Positions 63,232-64,000 of a DNA stretch of 64,000 nt are shown here, one piece after another. Every line of letters starts with the position of its first letter. The stretch's first letter is position 1. The translations under genes were made by a program, and so were the position numbers. Origin of the DNA: an uncultured Ruficoccus sp. (lineage in GTDB: Bacteria > Verrucomicrobiota > Verrucomicrobiia > Opitutales > Cerasicoccaceae); contig OZ223481.1 in the NCBI GenBank assembly GCA_965140785.1, forward strand, positions 288,001 to 352,000. Direction: 5' to 3'. The notes below the pieces were generated by a model. That model was given only the letters and a program-made list of their open reading frames with translations. It was not told where the DNA came from and ran no database searches.

Positions 63232-63927
63232 TCAGACTTTCCAGTGCGGGTAGAGTTGGTCGTCGCGGCGCAGGCCGACGGGGGTGCCGAGAATTTCGTA
63301 GTGCAGGACGGCCTTGCGGAGGGCCAGCGGATCGCGCAGATCCTTGCGCAGGCTACCGGCGACCGAATTGACATAAGCGGTGTGATGGCGCTTGCGACGG
63401 GTGACCAGCTTTTGGGCGACCAGCTCCCGGGCCTGCTTGCGGGCGGCATCGGCTTTGCGCTCGGCGGCTTCGATCTCTCGCTGGCGCGCCTCAAATTCGG
63501 CCATGTAGTTGCGTGCCTCGCCGTAGGCCGGTTCACTGCTGGGGGCCGGCTGGGGAAAACGCTGGCGACGGTGGGCGACCTCGCGCGACGAGGTCATGGG
63601 GCGGGGAGCCTCCAGCGGGGAGGGCATGCGCTCGGGGCGGTGCAGGGGGGGCGGTCCCGGCTCGTCCGCCTGCTCGCGCGGGTAAACAGGGCCGGACTCC
63701 GCGCGCGGCTGGCCGGATTCGCCCCGCCGCTCGGCGATCTTGCGGCGGATTTCCTCCTGGATGCGGCGGGCGCGCTCGTTGTCGTCGTTGGCTGGGTGGT
63801 CGAGCGGGGTGTAGCGCCGGGAGCTGCCCTCGTCCGCGTCCTTCTTCTTCCCGAGCTGGATCGCCGCATTGATGGCCCAGATGATGAAGACCACGATCGG
63901 CACGAGCCACTCGGTGAGATTATCCAT
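63232..63927 (-). CDS. Membrane-anchored hypothetical protein (YqfB-like C-terminal motif)
   Basis: N-terminal TM, Pro/Arg-rich middle, C-terminal LRKAVLHYEILGTPVGLR. Confidence 0.75.
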   Translation of the reverse strand: MDNLTEWLVPIVVFIIWAINAAIQLGKKKDADEGSSRRYTPLDHPANDDNERARRIQEEIRRKIAERRGESGQPRAESGPVYPREQADEPGPPPLHRPERMPSPLEAPRPMTSSREVAHRRQRFPQPAPSSEPAYGEARNYMAEFEARQREIEAAERKADAARKQARELVAQKLVTRRKRHHTAYVNSVAGSLRKDLRDPLALRKAVLHYEILGTPVGLRRDDQLYPHWKV

Positions 63928-64000
63928 AATGGTGAAAGCGAGTTAGAGTCAGTCGGAACGGTCGCTAAGGCAGTGTCGGTCCGGAGCCTCAGCCCTGCGA

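Overview
GC-rich bacterial chromosome segment; gene content and order suggest Verrucomicrobiota, probably Opitutales (inference). Bases 1 to ~8,000 form an AT-richer accessory island that ends at the 3' end of tRNA-Pro(TGG). It encodes a 2,203-aa signal-peptide-bearing Rhs polymorphic toxin with an unrecognised Gly-rich C-terminal domain and a small membrane immunity gene. An orphan toxin-tip/immunity cassette follows, bracketed by two inverted copies of a ~80-bp palindromic element (GGGGTCATGTCAATAATTT...AAATTATTGACATGACCCC) and containing a 41-bp-armed hairpin with dif/XerCD-like boxes. This arrangement is the best candidate here for an undescribed cassette-shuffling system. The rest is mostly core genome: miaB, queG, an unsaturated-uronate catabolic cluster with eda, nadC-birA-coaX, a Gld-like ABC/DUF4340/AsmA cluster, accBC-asp23-amaP-thiE, prmA-purN-rfaE2, grpE-dnaJ, manA, ftsK and a rodZ-like gene. 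Notable extras are a pentameric ligand-gated ion channel, an AT-rich pseudokinase inserted between ftsK and rodZ, a secreted duplicate of the RodZ periplasmic domain, a candidate H-NS-like protein and several MITE/REP-type repeats. Eight genes carry net single-base frameshifts, five in homopolymer runs, which are probably sequencing errors. All product calls come from motif recognition; no database searches were run.
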